A DNA stretch of 64,000 nt, taken from the NCBI GenBank assembly GCA_965222075.1, contig OZ244937.1, forward strand, positions 2,336,001 to 2,400,000, written 5' to 3'. This document shows, piece by piece, positions 38,613-48,848 of this stretch. The notes below the pieces were generated by a model. The model was not told the DNA's origin. It saw nothing but the letters and a program-made list of their open reading frames with translations, and did no database searches. The DNA is from Candidatus Latescibacterota bacterium (GTDB lineage: Bacteria > Latescibacterota > UBA2968 > GCA-2709665). The number at the start of each line of letters is the position of its first letter. The first letter of the stretch is position 1. A program made the position numbers and the translations under genes.

Positions 38613-39750
38613 TCAATTGGCGCAACGGGCGCTCATACTGGCGGCATTATATCTTTTCATCGGTGCCGCAGAAGCCAACGCGCCGCAGGGACGTCTAAAG
38701 GCGTTCTACCGGTCCATCCGGATGCGCTACAACCGGGTAGAAGGCATTTTTCTGGGCTACCGCCTGGGCGTTGCGCCCAGGACCTGGCAGGGCTTCGGCC
38801 TCTTTGCAGAGGGCGGCTACGGCATGCACAACCAGTCGCCCCGCTGGGAAAGCGGCCTGGAGTACCAAAAGGATAAGGCGACCTTTTCCCTTACCCTGTT
38901 CGACCGCACCGAAACCAACGACCGCGAAATCACCCGCACCAGTGAAAATACCGTTTTCACCCTCCTCTTCAAATGGGATTACCAGGACTACTTCCGGACA
39001 AAGCAGGGGTTTGAGGCCAAAGGGGCTTACCGCTACCGGCGGCGCCTGCTCTTCCTGGGCCGGCTGTCCGCGTTTACCTATGACAATATGCCCCTCGAAA
39101 CGGGGTGGAGTCTTTTTCATCCGAACCGCGCCTTCCGAATCAATCCCCGGATTCAACCCGGAGACGCCGGTCTGCTGCAACTCGGGTTCATCCTGGATAC
39201 GCGGATACGCAGTCCCATCTTCCGGAACGCCTGGTACCTCAGCGGAATCTACGAACGGGGATTTCGGGCATTCGAATACAACGGCCTGATCCTGGCGGTC
39301 AAACGGTTCCAGAAAGTCATCTTCGGCAGCCAGGCCTTTGTCGTGCAAGCCCGGATCGGTACTCGCGAGAGCACCCACGAGCAGCACCTGTTCGATCTGG
39401 GAGGGGTGAGCACGCTTCGGGGCTACGACATCAAAGAATTTACCGGCAACCGGATGGTCATGGTCAACTTCGACTACCTCTTCGGTGGGGACCTGCTGGG
39501 TCGAATGCCCATCAAAGGGTTCCACCTGCTCAACCTCATCCTCTTCTTCGACGCCGGATGGGCGCACGCGGTGCCCAAATCGGAAACCCTGTTGAGCGGC
39601 TTCGGTGACTTGAGTCTGAAAGACTTCAAGCCCAACGCCGGCGTCGGAGTCGCCGCTCTCCGGCAGTTCCTCCGATTCAACATCGCCCTGCGTCTGGACC
39701 GCAAGAATGACCCCTGGGTTGTATCCTTGCGTGTTAAAAGAAAATTCTAA
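38596..39750 (+). CDS. Outer-membrane beta-barrel protein (Omp85-barrel-like)
   Basis: RYNRVEG, LGGVSTLRGY..KEFTGN, LFFDAG, terminal Phe. Confidence 0.7.
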   Translation: MTSNGSQLAQRALILAALYLFIGAAEANAPQGRLKAFYRSIRMRYNRVEGIFLGYRLGVAPRTWQGFGLFAEGGYGMHNQSPRWESGLEYQKDKATFSLTLFDRTETNDREITRTSENTVFTLLFKWDYQDYFRTKQGFEAKGAYRYRRRLLFLGRLSAFTYDNMPLETGWSLFHPNRAFRINPRIQPGDAGLLQLGFILDTRIRSPIFRNAWYLSGIYERGFRAFEYNGLILAVKRFQKVIFGSQAFVVQARIGTRESTHEQHLFDLGGVSTLRGYDIKEFTGNRMVMVNFDYLFGGDLLGRMPIKGFHLLNLILFFDAGWAHAVPKSETLLSGFGDLSLKDFKPNAGVGVAALRQFLRFNIALRLDRKNDPWVVSLRVKRKF

Positions 39751-39764
39751 TTGGACCGCACAGG

Positions 39765-41015
39765 CTAAGTCCCTTCCTCCCAGGAACTCAGGTACGCCGC
39801 CTGCTCGGACGTCAGTTCGTCGATCTGCACCCCCATCGCCTCCAGCTGCAGCTGGGCGACCTCCCGATCAATCTCGTCCGGCAGCCGGTAGACCTTCGGC
39901 TCCAGTTCATCCGCATGGGCAATGCCGTATTCCACGCCCAGCGCCTGGTCGCAAAATGAAAGCGACATCACCGCAGACGGGTGACCCTCCGCGCAGGCCA
40001 GGTTCACCAGGCGCCCTTCGCCGCAGAGGAATATCGACTTCCCCTTTAAGGAATACTCGTGGAAAAGCGGGCGTACCTCCCGTTTGTTGTCCGCCATCTC
40101 CTCCAGGCCAACCACGTCAATCTCTAAGTCGAAATGTCCGGCGTTGGCCATCACCGCACCTTCCTTCATAACCTCCATATGATGGGTGTTGATCACGTGC
40201 TTGTTCCCGGTCACCGTCACAAACAGGTCGCCCAGTGGGGCGGCTTCCGCCATCGGCATTACCCGGAAGCCGTCCATCCGCGCCTGCAGTGCCCGGAAGG
40301 CGTCCACCTCCGTCACCGCCACCTCTGCGCCCAGCCCCCTGGAGCGGGAAGCCACGCCCTTCCCGCAGTTGCCATATCCGACAACCACCACCGTCTGCCC
40401 GCTGATCAGCAGGTTGGATGCCCGGACCACGCCATCCAGCGCCGACTGTCCGGTCCCGTAAAAATTGTCCATCAGGTGCTTCGTATCGCAGTCGTTCACC
40501 GCAATAATCGGGTATTTAAGGGCACTGTCCTTCTCCATCGCCCGCAGACGGATGATTCCCGTCGTGGTCTCTTCACACCCGCAGAGAATATCGGGAATCT
40601 GGTCGGCGTAATTGGTGTGGATCTCGGAGACCAGATCACACCCATCGTCAATGGTCACATGCGGTTTGGTCTCGATCACCGCCCGGATATATTTGTAATA
40701 ATCCTCGCGGGTCTCTCCCTTGTAGGCGTAAACCGTCGTGTCCTCATAAGCCAGAGCCGCGGCCACATCGTCCTGCGTCGACAGCGGGTTGCAGCCGGTA
40801 ATGGCCACCTCCGCGCCTCCCGCCTGCAGGGTGCGCACAAGCACGGCCGTCTCTTTGGTCACGTGCAGCGCCATGCCAATCCGGTACCCCTCCAGCGGTT
40901 TTTCCGCTTCAAACCGTTGCCGGACCTTCATCAGCGCCCCCATCTGCTTCTCCGCCCACTCGATATTCTTCAGGCCCTGATCGGCCAGGTTGATATCTTT
41001 GACCTCGTAAGCCAC
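39765..41015 (-). CDS. ahcY: Adenosylhomocysteinase
   Basis: CNPLSTQD, EETTTG, GHFD, GRLVNL..AEGHP. Confidence 0.97.
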   Translation of the reverse strand: MAYEVKDINLADQGLKNIEWAEKQMGALMKVRQRFEAEKPLEGYRIGMALHVTKETAVLVRTLQAGGAEVAITGCNPLSTQDDVAAALAYEDTTVYAYKGETREDYYKYIRAVIETKPHVTIDDGCDLVSEIHTNYADQIPDILCGCEETTTGIIRLRAMEKDSALKYPIIAVNDCDTKHLMDNFYGTGQSALDGVVRASNLLISGQTVVVVGYGNCGKGVASRSRGLGAEVAVTEVDAFRALQARMDGFRVMPMAEAAPLGDLFVTVTGNKHVINTHHMEVMKEGAVMANAGHFDLEIDVVGLEEMADNKREVRPLFHEYSLKGKSIFLCGEGRLVNLACAEGHPSAVMSLSFCDQALGVEYGIAHADELEPKVYRLPDEIDREVAQLQLEAMGVQIDELTSEQAAYLSSWEEGT

Positions 41016-41027
41016 CTCATTCTCCTT

Positions 41028-42194
41028 TCAAATCAGCTTTTTTGCCGCCCTCCGCAGGGCCTGAGCCTTATCGGTCTGCTCCCAGGTAAACGCATCGCCC
41101 CGGCGCCCAAAGTGCCCGTAAACGGCTGTCTGCCCATAGATGGGGCGAAGCAGCTTCAGCGACTTGATAATCCCGGAAGGCGTCAGGGGAAAATGCTCCC
41201 GAATCAGCTTTGAAATCGCCGCATCGTCAATCTTCCCGGTCCCGAATGTATCCACAGCGACCGACACCGGTTCGGGCACGCCGATCGCGTATGCAAGCTG
41301 GACTTCGCAGCGGTTGGCCAGACCTGCCTTCACCACATTCTTGGCCACGTAACGGGCCGCATAGTGGGCGCTCCGGTCCACCTTGCTGGGATCCTTGCCG
41401 GAAAACGCCCCCCCTCCGTGCCGCCCCATCCCACCGTAAGTATCCACAATAATCTTCCGCCCCGTCAGCCCGGTATCGCCGTGGGGGCCTCCAACCACAA
41501 AACGTCCGGTAGGATTGATGTGGTAGATCGTATCTGTGTCCAGATATCGTTCCGGCACCACTTTCTTGATGACCTGTTTAATCATGTCATTCGTGATTTT
41601 TCTATGGCTCGTCTTGGGGGCATGCTGGGTGGAAACAACAACCGTGTGCACCCGGACCGGCGTATCGCCTTCGTACTCCACCGTAACCTGCGACTTGCTG
41701 TCCGGGCGCAAATAGGGCAGTGTGCCCCTCCTGCGAAGCTGCGCCAGGCGCTGCATCAGCTTGTGCGCCAGCATAATGGGCATCGGCATCAACTCCGGCG
41801 TCTCCCGGCAGGCATAACCGAACATCATCCCCTGGTCGCCGGCCCCCTGCTCCTGATGTAAGCCTTCCCCTGTGCTGACACCCTGGGAAATATCGCCCGA
41901 CTGTTTGTCCAGGGCAACCAGCACCCCGCAGGACTGGCAGTCAAACCCGTAGTCCGAATCGGTATACCCGATCCGGCGGATAACATCTCGAACCAGCTCT
42001 GAAACTTCCACCGTCGCCTGGCTGGTCACCTCTCCCGACACGATCACCTGCCCCGTCGTCACCAGGGTTTCACAGGCGACCCGGGACCTGGGGTCCTGCG
42101 CAAGCATCGCATCTAAAACCGCATCGGAAATCTGATCGCAAATCTTGTCCGGATGCCCTTCAGACACCGACTCGGAAGTAAAAAGACGCCGCAT
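41028..42194 (-). CDS. metK: Methionine adenosyltransferase
   Basis: [28 protein letters not shown]. Confidence 0.98.
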   Translation of the reverse strand: MRRLFTSESVSEGHPDKICDQISDAVLDAMLAQDPRSRVACETLVTTGQVIVSGEVTSQATVEVSELVRDVIRRIGYTDSDYGFDCQSCGVLVALDKQSGDISQGVSTGEGLHQEQGAGDQGMMFGYACRETPELMPMPIMLAHKLMQRLAQLRRRGTLPYLRPDSKSQVTVEYEGDTPVRVHTVVVSTQHAPKTSHRKITNDMIKQVIKKVVPERYLDTDTIYHINPTGRFVVGGPHGDTGLTGRKIIVDTYGGMGRHGGGAFSGKDPSKVDRSAHYAARYVAKNVVKAGLANRCEVQLAYAIGVPEPVSVAVDTFGTGKIDDAAISKLIREHFPLTPSGIIKSLKLLRPIYGQTAVYGHFGRRGDAFTWEQTDKAQALRRAAKKLI

Positions 42195-42252
42195 AAAGTT
42201 AAGTTCTCCCTCCCGTGATAAGAAGCTGTTTTAAAATTCCTGTCCAGACCGG

Positions 42253-44082
42253 TTATGCCCTCCCCTCGCCGGGACGGTCGGCCTCAACTCGCACCTCTGG
42301 TCCATCTCCCTCCAGCACCACCTCTGTGAATACGGGTTCGGGAAGCGCCTGTCGGACCTCGGCCGGCAGGGCCTCTTGCAGGTGATTCCTGATCTCTTCA
42401 CACGACCGCAGAGAAAGCACCGCCCCGGCCAGGACCTTGGCTTCCTCCATCGTGATGGACCGGATGGCCCGCTTAACCGCCGGTATGGCCATCGGGCTCA
42501 TGCTCAGTCCGTCCACCCCCAGGCCCAGCAGCAGCGCGCTAAACCAGGGATCGCCTGCCATCTCGCCGCACACGGTCACCGGAATCCCCTGCCGGCCCGC
42601 CGCCACCACCACATTGTGAATCAACCGCAGCACCGCCGGATGGAGCGGATCGAAGAGGTAGGCCACCTTTTCGTTCCCCCGATCCACGGCGATCGCATAC
42701 TGAATCAGGTCATTGGTCCCGATGCTGAAAAAATCGACTTCCTCCGCCAGTTGATCAGCCACCACCGCCGCGGCAGGCACTTCAATCATCGCCCCCACCG
42801 GACAGCCCTCGTCAAAAGGAACGCCCTCGGCCCTCAGCTCTTCACGGGCCTCCTCCAGCACCTCGTTGGCCTCGATCAACTCTTCCACGCCCGATATCAT
42901 CGGGTACATGATCCGGATGTTGCCCGTCACGCTCGCCCGGAGAATCGCCCGCAGCTGCACCCGAAAAAACCCCTTGTTGGCCAGCGACAGCCGGATGGCC
43001 CGCCAGCCTAAGAAGGGGTTCATCTCCGGGCTGGTATGCAGGATGTAGGAGAGTTTATCTCCCCCCAGATCCAGCGTGCGGACCACCAGAGGGTGAGGCG
43101 CCATCCGCTGGGCGATCCGGGTGTAGGTCTCTGTCTGCTCACCTTCGGTAGGCAGGCTGGAACTGGCCAGATAGAGATACTCTGTCCGGTAAAGTCCGAT
43201 GCCCTCTGCGCCATAGGCAAGTGCGGACTCCACCTCCTCGGAGATCTCGATATTCCCCTGCAGATTCACCTCAATACCATCCAGCGTCACACTGGGCAGA
43301 TCTTTTAACGACGAGAGGTCCTTCCGGACCTCCTGGAACCGTTTCGCCTCGACCCGATAGCGCTCCAGCGTCTCGGCATCCGGATTAATGTAGACCAGCC
43401 CCCGGCGCCCGTCCACAATGGTCAGGTCCCCCGATTCTGCCGAGGCAATGGCCGATTCGACACCCGCCACGGCCGGAATCTCCAGCCCACGCGCAATAAT
43501 GGCCGCATGCGATGTGGTCCCCCCCACCTCGGTCACAACCCCCAGCACACAATCCCGATGCATATGGGCCGTATCCGACGGAGTGAGATCGTGGGCCACC
43601 ACAATCGCCTCTGTGGTCAGCCGGTCCAGCAGCACGTCCTCCCGCTGGCACAGTTTGGCCAGCACCCGCTTTTCAATGTCTAAGATATCCGCCTTACGCG
43701 CCCGGAAATAGTCGTCCTGAATGGCGTCGAACTGTCGCCTGACCCCCTGGAATGTCCGCCAGAAGGCATATTCGGCGCTGAACCGCTCCTGCTGGATCAA
43801 CTGGGTGGTGGGGTCTTTGAGGGCCATGTCTTCTAAGATCAGCAGGTGCGCGTCAAATATCTGCGCATAGTCCCGGCCCAGCCGCTCCTCCACCTGCGCC
43901 CGAATCACCTTCACATCTTCGGCCACCTCCTCCAGCGTGGCCAGAAACCGCCCGACTTCGGCTTCCACATCCACCTCGGAAATCCTCCGGTCATCAATCC
44001 AGGGATCTTCCGGATCGTGCAGGTATATTGGACCTATCGCAATACCTGGAGATATCTGGATGCCTTTAAGCCGTACCATCAT
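42253..44082 (-). CDS. ptsI: PEP-protein phosphotransferase (PTS enzyme I)
   Basis: TSHAAIIAR phospho-His motif, RTLDLGGDK, FSIGTNDLIQY, CGEMAGD. Confidence 0.95.
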   Translation of the reverse strand: MMVRLKGIQISPGIAIGPIYLHDPEDPWIDDRRISEVDVEAEVGRFLATLEEVAEDVKVIRAQVEERLGRDYAQIFDAHLLILEDMALKDPTTQLIQQERFSAEYAFWRTFQGVRRQFDAIQDDYFRARKADILDIEKRVLAKLCQREDVLLDRLTTEAIVVAHDLTPSDTAHMHRDCVLGVVTEVGGTTSHAAIIARGLEIPAVAGVESAIASAESGDLTIVDGRRGLVYINPDAETLERYRVEAKRFQEVRKDLSSLKDLPSVTLDGIEVNLQGNIEISEEVESALAYGAEGIGLYRTEYLYLASSSLPTEGEQTETYTRIAQRMAPHPLVVRTLDLGGDKLSYILHTSPEMNPFLGWRAIRLSLANKGFFRVQLRAILRASVTGNIRIMYPMISGVEELIEANEVLEEAREELRAEGVPFDEGCPVGAMIEVPAAAVVADQLAEEVDFFSIGTNDLIQYAIAVDRGNEKVAYLFDPLHPAVLRLIHNVVVAAGRQGIPVTVCGEMAGDPWFSALLLGLGVDGLSMSPMAIPAVKRAIRSITMEEAKVLAGAVLSLRSCEEIRNHLQEALPAEVRQALPEPVFTEVVLEGDGPEVRVEADRPGEGRA

Positions 44083-44137
44083 AAGCGAATACCCAAACCC
44101 TGAGTGTCCACAAAACCCTCACCCCCTGCCCACACCT

Positions 44138-44398
44138 CTAATCGAACTTACGCTCAATCACCTTAACGGTTTCCGCAACCGCCTCGACCTCGTCCTCCCC
44201 TTCTGCCCGCACCAGGATGGTCGAGCCCTCTTCCGCAGCCAGCATCATCACCCCCATAATGCTCTTTCCACTGACCTCCAAACCCTCTTTGACCAGGGTA
44301 ATCTCACAAACATACCTGGACGTCGCCTGCACCAGAAGCGCGGCTGGCCGTGCATGGAGCCCCAATCTGTTTTTGACCGTCGCCTGCCGTTCCTCCAT
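44138..44398 (-). CDS. ptsH: HPr phosphocarrier
   Basis: GLHARPA and GKSIMGVMML (regulatory Ser). Confidence 0.95.
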   Translation of the reverse strand: MEERQATVKNRLGLHARPAALLVQATSRYVCEITLVKEGLEVSGKSIMGVMMLAAEEGSTILVRAEGEDEVEAVAETVKVIERKFD

Positions 44399-44465
44399 AA
44401 ACAGATCCTGTATTGCAACCCAAGCGCCTGAAAAAGATACGATCTATATAGAAGGCCACAGGATG

Positions 44466-45350
44466 TCAAGCGCTGCCGACCAAACGCAGCACCTGCGCTT
44501 CCCCGTCGATATGCCCGTTGCCGCCCAAACCACAGCAGGTCAACGCCGCGCTGGCGCTGGCAAACTGGACGCTCCGGGTCAGCGTCCATCCCTGAAGGTA
44601 GCCGGTTATCAATCCTGCGCGGAACGCATCGCCCGCACCGGTCGTATCCCGCACTGGCACCGAAAACGCCGGCTGGTCGAAACTGCTCCCGTTCTCCCGA
44701 TACACCGTGCACCCCTCGCGCCCCCGGGTGATCACAACCGTCTTCACACCGGCCTTGAGCAGGCCAACAGCCACATCGGCGTCGGCCCCCATCCGATGCC
44801 GTCTGATAAATCCGTTGGAATTGATCACCAGATCGCAGAATTCTGCCAGGGGGTGGTCCTCCGAAAGCTCAATGGAAAACACGGAACTCCCCGCTTCCCG
44901 CGCCAGCCGGGCGGCTTCCACCGCATTCTTTCCCAGAAAAGGATCCACCGAAAGCAGGGATACCCCCTCAATATCTTCCGGCCTCAGGGGCCGGCTCACA
45001 AGATTGTAGATAGAGCCCATCATACTCCGTGCCCCATCCAGACTGGAAAGGATCACAACGTGGACCGTTGGCACTCCCCCGTCCACATCCAGATCGCGGG
45101 TATCCACCCGATAAGGGCGGATTTGCCGCAAAAAGAGGTTGCCCCGACGGTCGTCGCCCAGCGTGCTGCCCATCAGCTTTACCGGTACGCCCAGACAGCT
45201 CAGCGTAATGGCAACATTGGCCGCCTCGCCTCCGATATACTCGCCATTAGAAAGCATTCGGGTATGGCCGTCTGGCTCCGGATAGTCGACAACCTGAACG
45301 ATCTGGTCCACACCCAGCACACCGTAGCAGAGCACCTCGCCGGGTTTCAT
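44466..45350 (-). CDS. PfkB family carbohydrate kinase
   Basis: GGEAANVA, DTTGAGDAFRAG. Confidence 0.9.
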   Translation of the reverse strand: MKPGEVLCYGVLGVDQIVQVVDYPEPDGHTRMLSNGEYIGGEAANVAITLSCLGVPVKLMGSTLGDDRRGNLFLRQIRPYRVDTRDLDVDGGVPTVHVVILSSLDGARSMMGSIYNLVSRPLRPEDIEGVSLLSVDPFLGKNAVEAARLAREAGSSVFSIELSEDHPLAEFCDLVINSNGFIRRHRMGADADVAVGLLKAGVKTVVITRGREGCTVYRENGSSFDQPAFSVPVRDTTGAGDAFRAGLITGYLQGWTLTRSVQFASASAALTCCGLGGNGHIDGEAQVLRLVGSA

Positions 45351-45437
45351 AACGTCGCTTCACTCTCTCAAAAAAAATCCGCCAATTGCGTTCTGGCGGA
45401 ACGTCGCTTGAAAACGAGAAACCCTTTCCCAAGTGTG

Positions 45438-46184
45438 TTAATCGGAACGATGGATGGCCTGGGCAAACGCCCGAACCGTCGAAGCGTCCCGCCGGGCCTC
45501 CAGAACACTTCCCACAACGACAAACGAAGCGCCTGCCTCCACTCTCGCTTCAGCATCCTCCGGACGCTGAAGCCCTCCTCCCACAATGATCGGTATCGAA
45601 ATATAGCCCGTAACCGCCTCAAGCATCTCCTCGGGCACCATTTGCTCTGCACCGCTGCCGGCGTCTAAGTAAACACACTGCATCCCCAGATATTCCGCTG
45701 CCAGTGCATGGGCCATGGCAATATCGGGCTTGTCACGGGGCATCGGTTTTGTATTGCTGATGTACTCGACCGTGGTCTGCCTGCCGGAATCGACAAGCAT
45801 ATATCCGGTGGAAATCGGCTCTAAGCCGTAGGCCTTTAAAATCGGTGCGGCCTTCACATGCTGCCCTACCAGCAGTTCCGGATTCCTCCCGCTGATCATC
45901 GACAGGTATAAAATCGCATCCGCAGCCGCCGAAATCTGATTGTTGCCGGCCCCGAAGATAATCACTGGAACACGCACGGCATGCTTGATCTCCCGAACCA
46001 TCCGGTCAAAATCGGTCGAAAGGAGAAAACTGCCTCCAACCAGGATGGCATCCGCACCGTTCTCCTCAAACATGGCCGCCGTTTGAACCAGGTCTTTTTT
46101 TTTCAGGCGATCCGGATCCAGCAAGGGCAGAAAACCTGCCCCCAGCGTTGCCCGGATGTCCATCAAATGGTCAAAAGTAGACAT
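45438..46184 (-). CDS. pcrB: Geranylgeranylglyceryl/heptaprenylglyceryl phosphate synthase (PcrB family, group II-like)
   Basis: LLDPD, LVGGS, ISGRNPELLVGQHV, GYMLVDSG, YLDAGSGA, IVGGG. Confidence 0.88.
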   Translation of the reverse strand: MSTFDHLMDIRATLGAGFLPLLDPDRLKKKDLVQTAAMFEENGADAILVGGSFLLSTDFDRMVREIKHAVRVPVIIFGAGNNQISAAADAILYLSMISGRNPELLVGQHVKAAPILKAYGLEPISTGYMLVDSGRQTTVEYISNTKPMPRDKPDIAMAHALAAEYLGMQCVYLDAGSGAEQMVPEEMLEAVTGYISIPIIVGGGLQRPEDAEARVEAGASFVVVGSVLEARRDASTVRAFAQAIHRSD

Positions 46185-46193
46185 GGAGGCGCG

Positions 46194-48806
46194 TCACCCT
46201 CCCAGTTGCGCCCGCACAATCTCGGGAACCAGAGCCAGCGCTTGGTTTATCTTTTCCGGATGTCTGCCTCCGGCCTGTGCCATATGGGGCCTCCCGCCGC
46301 CGCCGCCGCCCACCACCCTGGCCACTTCCTTCACAACCGCACCCGCCTGAACCCCCCGCCGGATCAGGTCGTCGGACACCACCGCAATCAGAGAGGCCTT
46401 GCCGTCCAGGTTCGTTCCCAGTACCCCCACCCCCGATCCCAGGGCCGCTCGGAGCCCGTCGGCCATGTCTCGAAACGACGCCATATCGACAATCTCCACC
46501 TCCGCTGCCACCACCCAGGTGCCGTCCACTTCCAGGGCCCCGTGCACCAGGTCGTCCATGGCTGCTCCGGCCGTTTTCCGGCGCAGGTCCAGCAGCTCCC
46601 GTTCCAGCTCCCGGTTTCGGGAGAGCAGATCGGATACACGCCCGGGCAAGTCCGGCATCTGGGCGTCTAACAGCCCCTCCAGTTCAGCAAGCGTTGTCCG
46701 CTCCCGGCGCAGCACCCGCTCCATCCCTCTACCCGTAAGGGCCTCAATGCGGCGCACACCCGCTGCAACACCCGCCTCGGCAACCAACCGCAGGATACCG
46801 ATCTGACCCGTGGACTGGACGTGCGTCCCCCCGCAGAGTTCCAAGCTGAAATCGCCCACGCGGACCACCCGCACCACATCGCCATATTTTGCCGTAAACA
46901 GCATCGTGGCCCCCATCTCCTTCGCCGCCTCCAGCTCGGCGTAAGAAACCTCCACAGCCAGATCCCTGCGAGTCACATCGTTGACAATCCCCTCGACCTC
47001 CTCCATCTGCCCCGTTTCAACGCCCGTAAAATGGGTAAAATCGAACCGGAGTCGGTCCGGCGCAACCAGCGACCCCGCCTGCTGCACGTGACGCCCCAGC
47101 ACCCGGCGCAGCGCGTCGTGAACCAGGTGCGTCGCCGTATGGTTGCGCGCCGTATCCAGCCGCTGCTCCCCGTTTACCTCCGCCTTGACCCGCGCATCGG
47201 TCAGATCCTCCAGCTCTCCCTGCATCAGACGCCCCCGGTGCACAATCCCCTCCCCAACGCGGAACGTATCCTCCACCTGGAAGACCACATCGTCGTTGGA
47301 AATCCTGCCCCGGTCGCCCACCTGCCCACCCGCCTCTGCGTAGAAGGGCGTTACATCCAGATAGAGGTCCAGTATCCCCTCACCGGCCGTCCGCCAGGCC
47401 ACCACCCCGGCCTGCGCACTCAGGGTCTCATATCCCACGAACTTGGAATGTCGCTTCGGCAGAAACCCCTCCTGAACCACGCCCTGGGACACAGTCCGGG
47501 CAGCCTCTCGGGAACGCGTCTGCTGTACCGCCATCTCCCGCTCGAACCCCGCCACATCCACCTCCAGCCCCTTTTCGGCGGCCATCAACTGAGTCAGGTC
47601 CAGCGGGAACCCGTACGTATCGTAAAGGCGAAACGCGTCCTCACCCAAAATACGGCCTTTCCGGCTGACCTCTTCAAAAATCTCAATGCCCCGGTCCAGC
47701 GTCTTGCCAAACCCCTCCTCTTCCGACTTGACCACCAGCGCAACATGCTGCGCCTGTTGCAAAATTTCGGGAAACACCTTTCCCATCACGTCCGCAACCG
47801 TGGACGTCAGACGGTAGAGAAACGGCTCGTGCATATCCAGCGTGCGTCCAAAGCGCGAGGCCCGCCGGAGGATGCGCCTGAGTACGTACCCGCGCCCTTC
47901 GTTGGAGGGCAGGGTGCCTTCGGCAATCGCAAAAGTCAGCGCCCGGATATGATCCGCGATAACCTGCATGGCCGCCCTGTGTTCGTCGCCGTAGGGTTTC
48001 CGGGTAATCTCTCCGATGGCCTCGATAATCGGTTGAAAAAGGTCCGTATCGTAATTGGATCTCACACCCTGGAGAAGGGAGCAGATCCGCTCGAACCCCA
48101 TGCCGGTATCCACATGCTTGTCGAGCAGCGGCTCAAGGTGGTTGTCTTCCTCCCGGTTGAACTGGATAAAGACCAGGTTCCAGATCTCAATATAGTTCGG
48201 ATCGTCGGAGTTCACACCCTCCGCAGACTGAGCAGAGAGGTCATCTCCCAGATAGTAGTGGATTTCCGAATTGGGTCCGCAGGGGCCCGTCTCACCCATC
48301 TCCCAGAAATTGTCCTCCTTCCCGAACCGAAGCACCCGTTCGGGCGGCAGATCCGTCACCTCCGTCCAGAGCTTTTCCGCCTCCTCATCCAGCTCCAGCC
48401 CCAGAGATGCGTCTCCGCCAAAGACCGTGGCCCAGAGGCGCTCCCTGGGCAGTTTCCACACCTCGGTGAGCAGTTCCCAGGCCCACGCAATCGCCTCGCG
48501 CTGGAAGTAGTCTCCAAAAGACCAGTTCCCCAGCATTTCAAAAAAGGTATGGTGCAGGCAGCTGAACCCCACCTCTTCTAAGTCGTTGTGCTTCCCCGAC
48601 ACCCGGATACACTTCTGCGTATCCACCGCCCGCGTGTACTCCCTGCGCCCCGTCCCTAAGAACACATCCTTGAACTGGTTCATCCCCGCGTTGGTAAACA
48701 GCAGCGTCGGATCGTCCTGGGGCACCACCGGCGCGCTTGGCACCCGGGTATGGCCCTTGCCTTCAAAAAAGCGGAAAAAATCCTCTCGTATCTCAGATGA
48801 AGTCAT
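46194..48806 (-). CDS. alaS: Alanine--tRNA ligase
   Basis: FTNAGMNQFK, HHTFFEMLGNWSFG, DTGMGFER, HTATH, ELCGGTH. Confidence 0.98.
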   Translation of the reverse strand: MTSSEIREDFFRFFEGKGHTRVPSAPVVPQDDPTLLFTNAGMNQFKDVFLGTGRREYTRAVDTQKCIRVSGKHNDLEEVGFSCLHHTFFEMLGNWSFGDYFQREAIAWAWELLTEVWKLPRERLWATVFGGDASLGLELDEEAEKLWTEVTDLPPERVLRFGKEDNFWEMGETGPCGPNSEIHYYLGDDLSAQSAEGVNSDDPNYIEIWNLVFIQFNREEDNHLEPLLDKHVDTGMGFERICSLLQGVRSNYDTDLFQPIIEAIGEITRKPYGDEHRAAMQVIADHIRALTFAIAEGTLPSNEGRGYVLRRILRRASRFGRTLDMHEPFLYRLTSTVADVMGKVFPEILQQAQHVALVVKSEEEGFGKTLDRGIEIFEEVSRKGRILGEDAFRLYDTYGFPLDLTQLMAAEKGLEVDVAGFEREMAVQQTRSREAARTVSQGVVQEGFLPKRHSKFVGYETLSAQAGVVAWRTAGEGILDLYLDVTPFYAEAGGQVGDRGRISNDDVVFQVEDTFRVGEGIVHRGRLMQGELEDLTDARVKAEVNGEQRLDTARNHTATHLVHDALRRVLGRHVQQAGSLVAPDRLRFDFTHFTGVETGQMEEVEGIVNDVTRRDLAVEVSYAELEAAKEMGATMLFTAKYGDVVRVVRVGDFSLELCGGTHVQSTGQIGILRLVAEAGVAAGVRRIEALTGRGMERVLRRERTTLAELEGLLDAQMPDLPGRVSDLLSRNRELERELLDLRRKTAGAAMDDLVHGALEVDGTWVVAAEVEIVDMASFRDMADGLRAALGSGVGVLGTNLDGKASLIAVVSDDLIRRGVQAGAVVKEVARVVGGGGGGRPHMAQAGGRHPEKINQALALVPEIVRAQLGG

Positions 48807-48848
48807 AACGGGTCTGTCGCAGGTTTCACAATTGAGAATTTCAAGCCG

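Noticed and set aside
42195-42252. SAM riboswitch upstream of metK
   Set aside because: The gap is only 58 bp and shows no recognisable SAM-I core.
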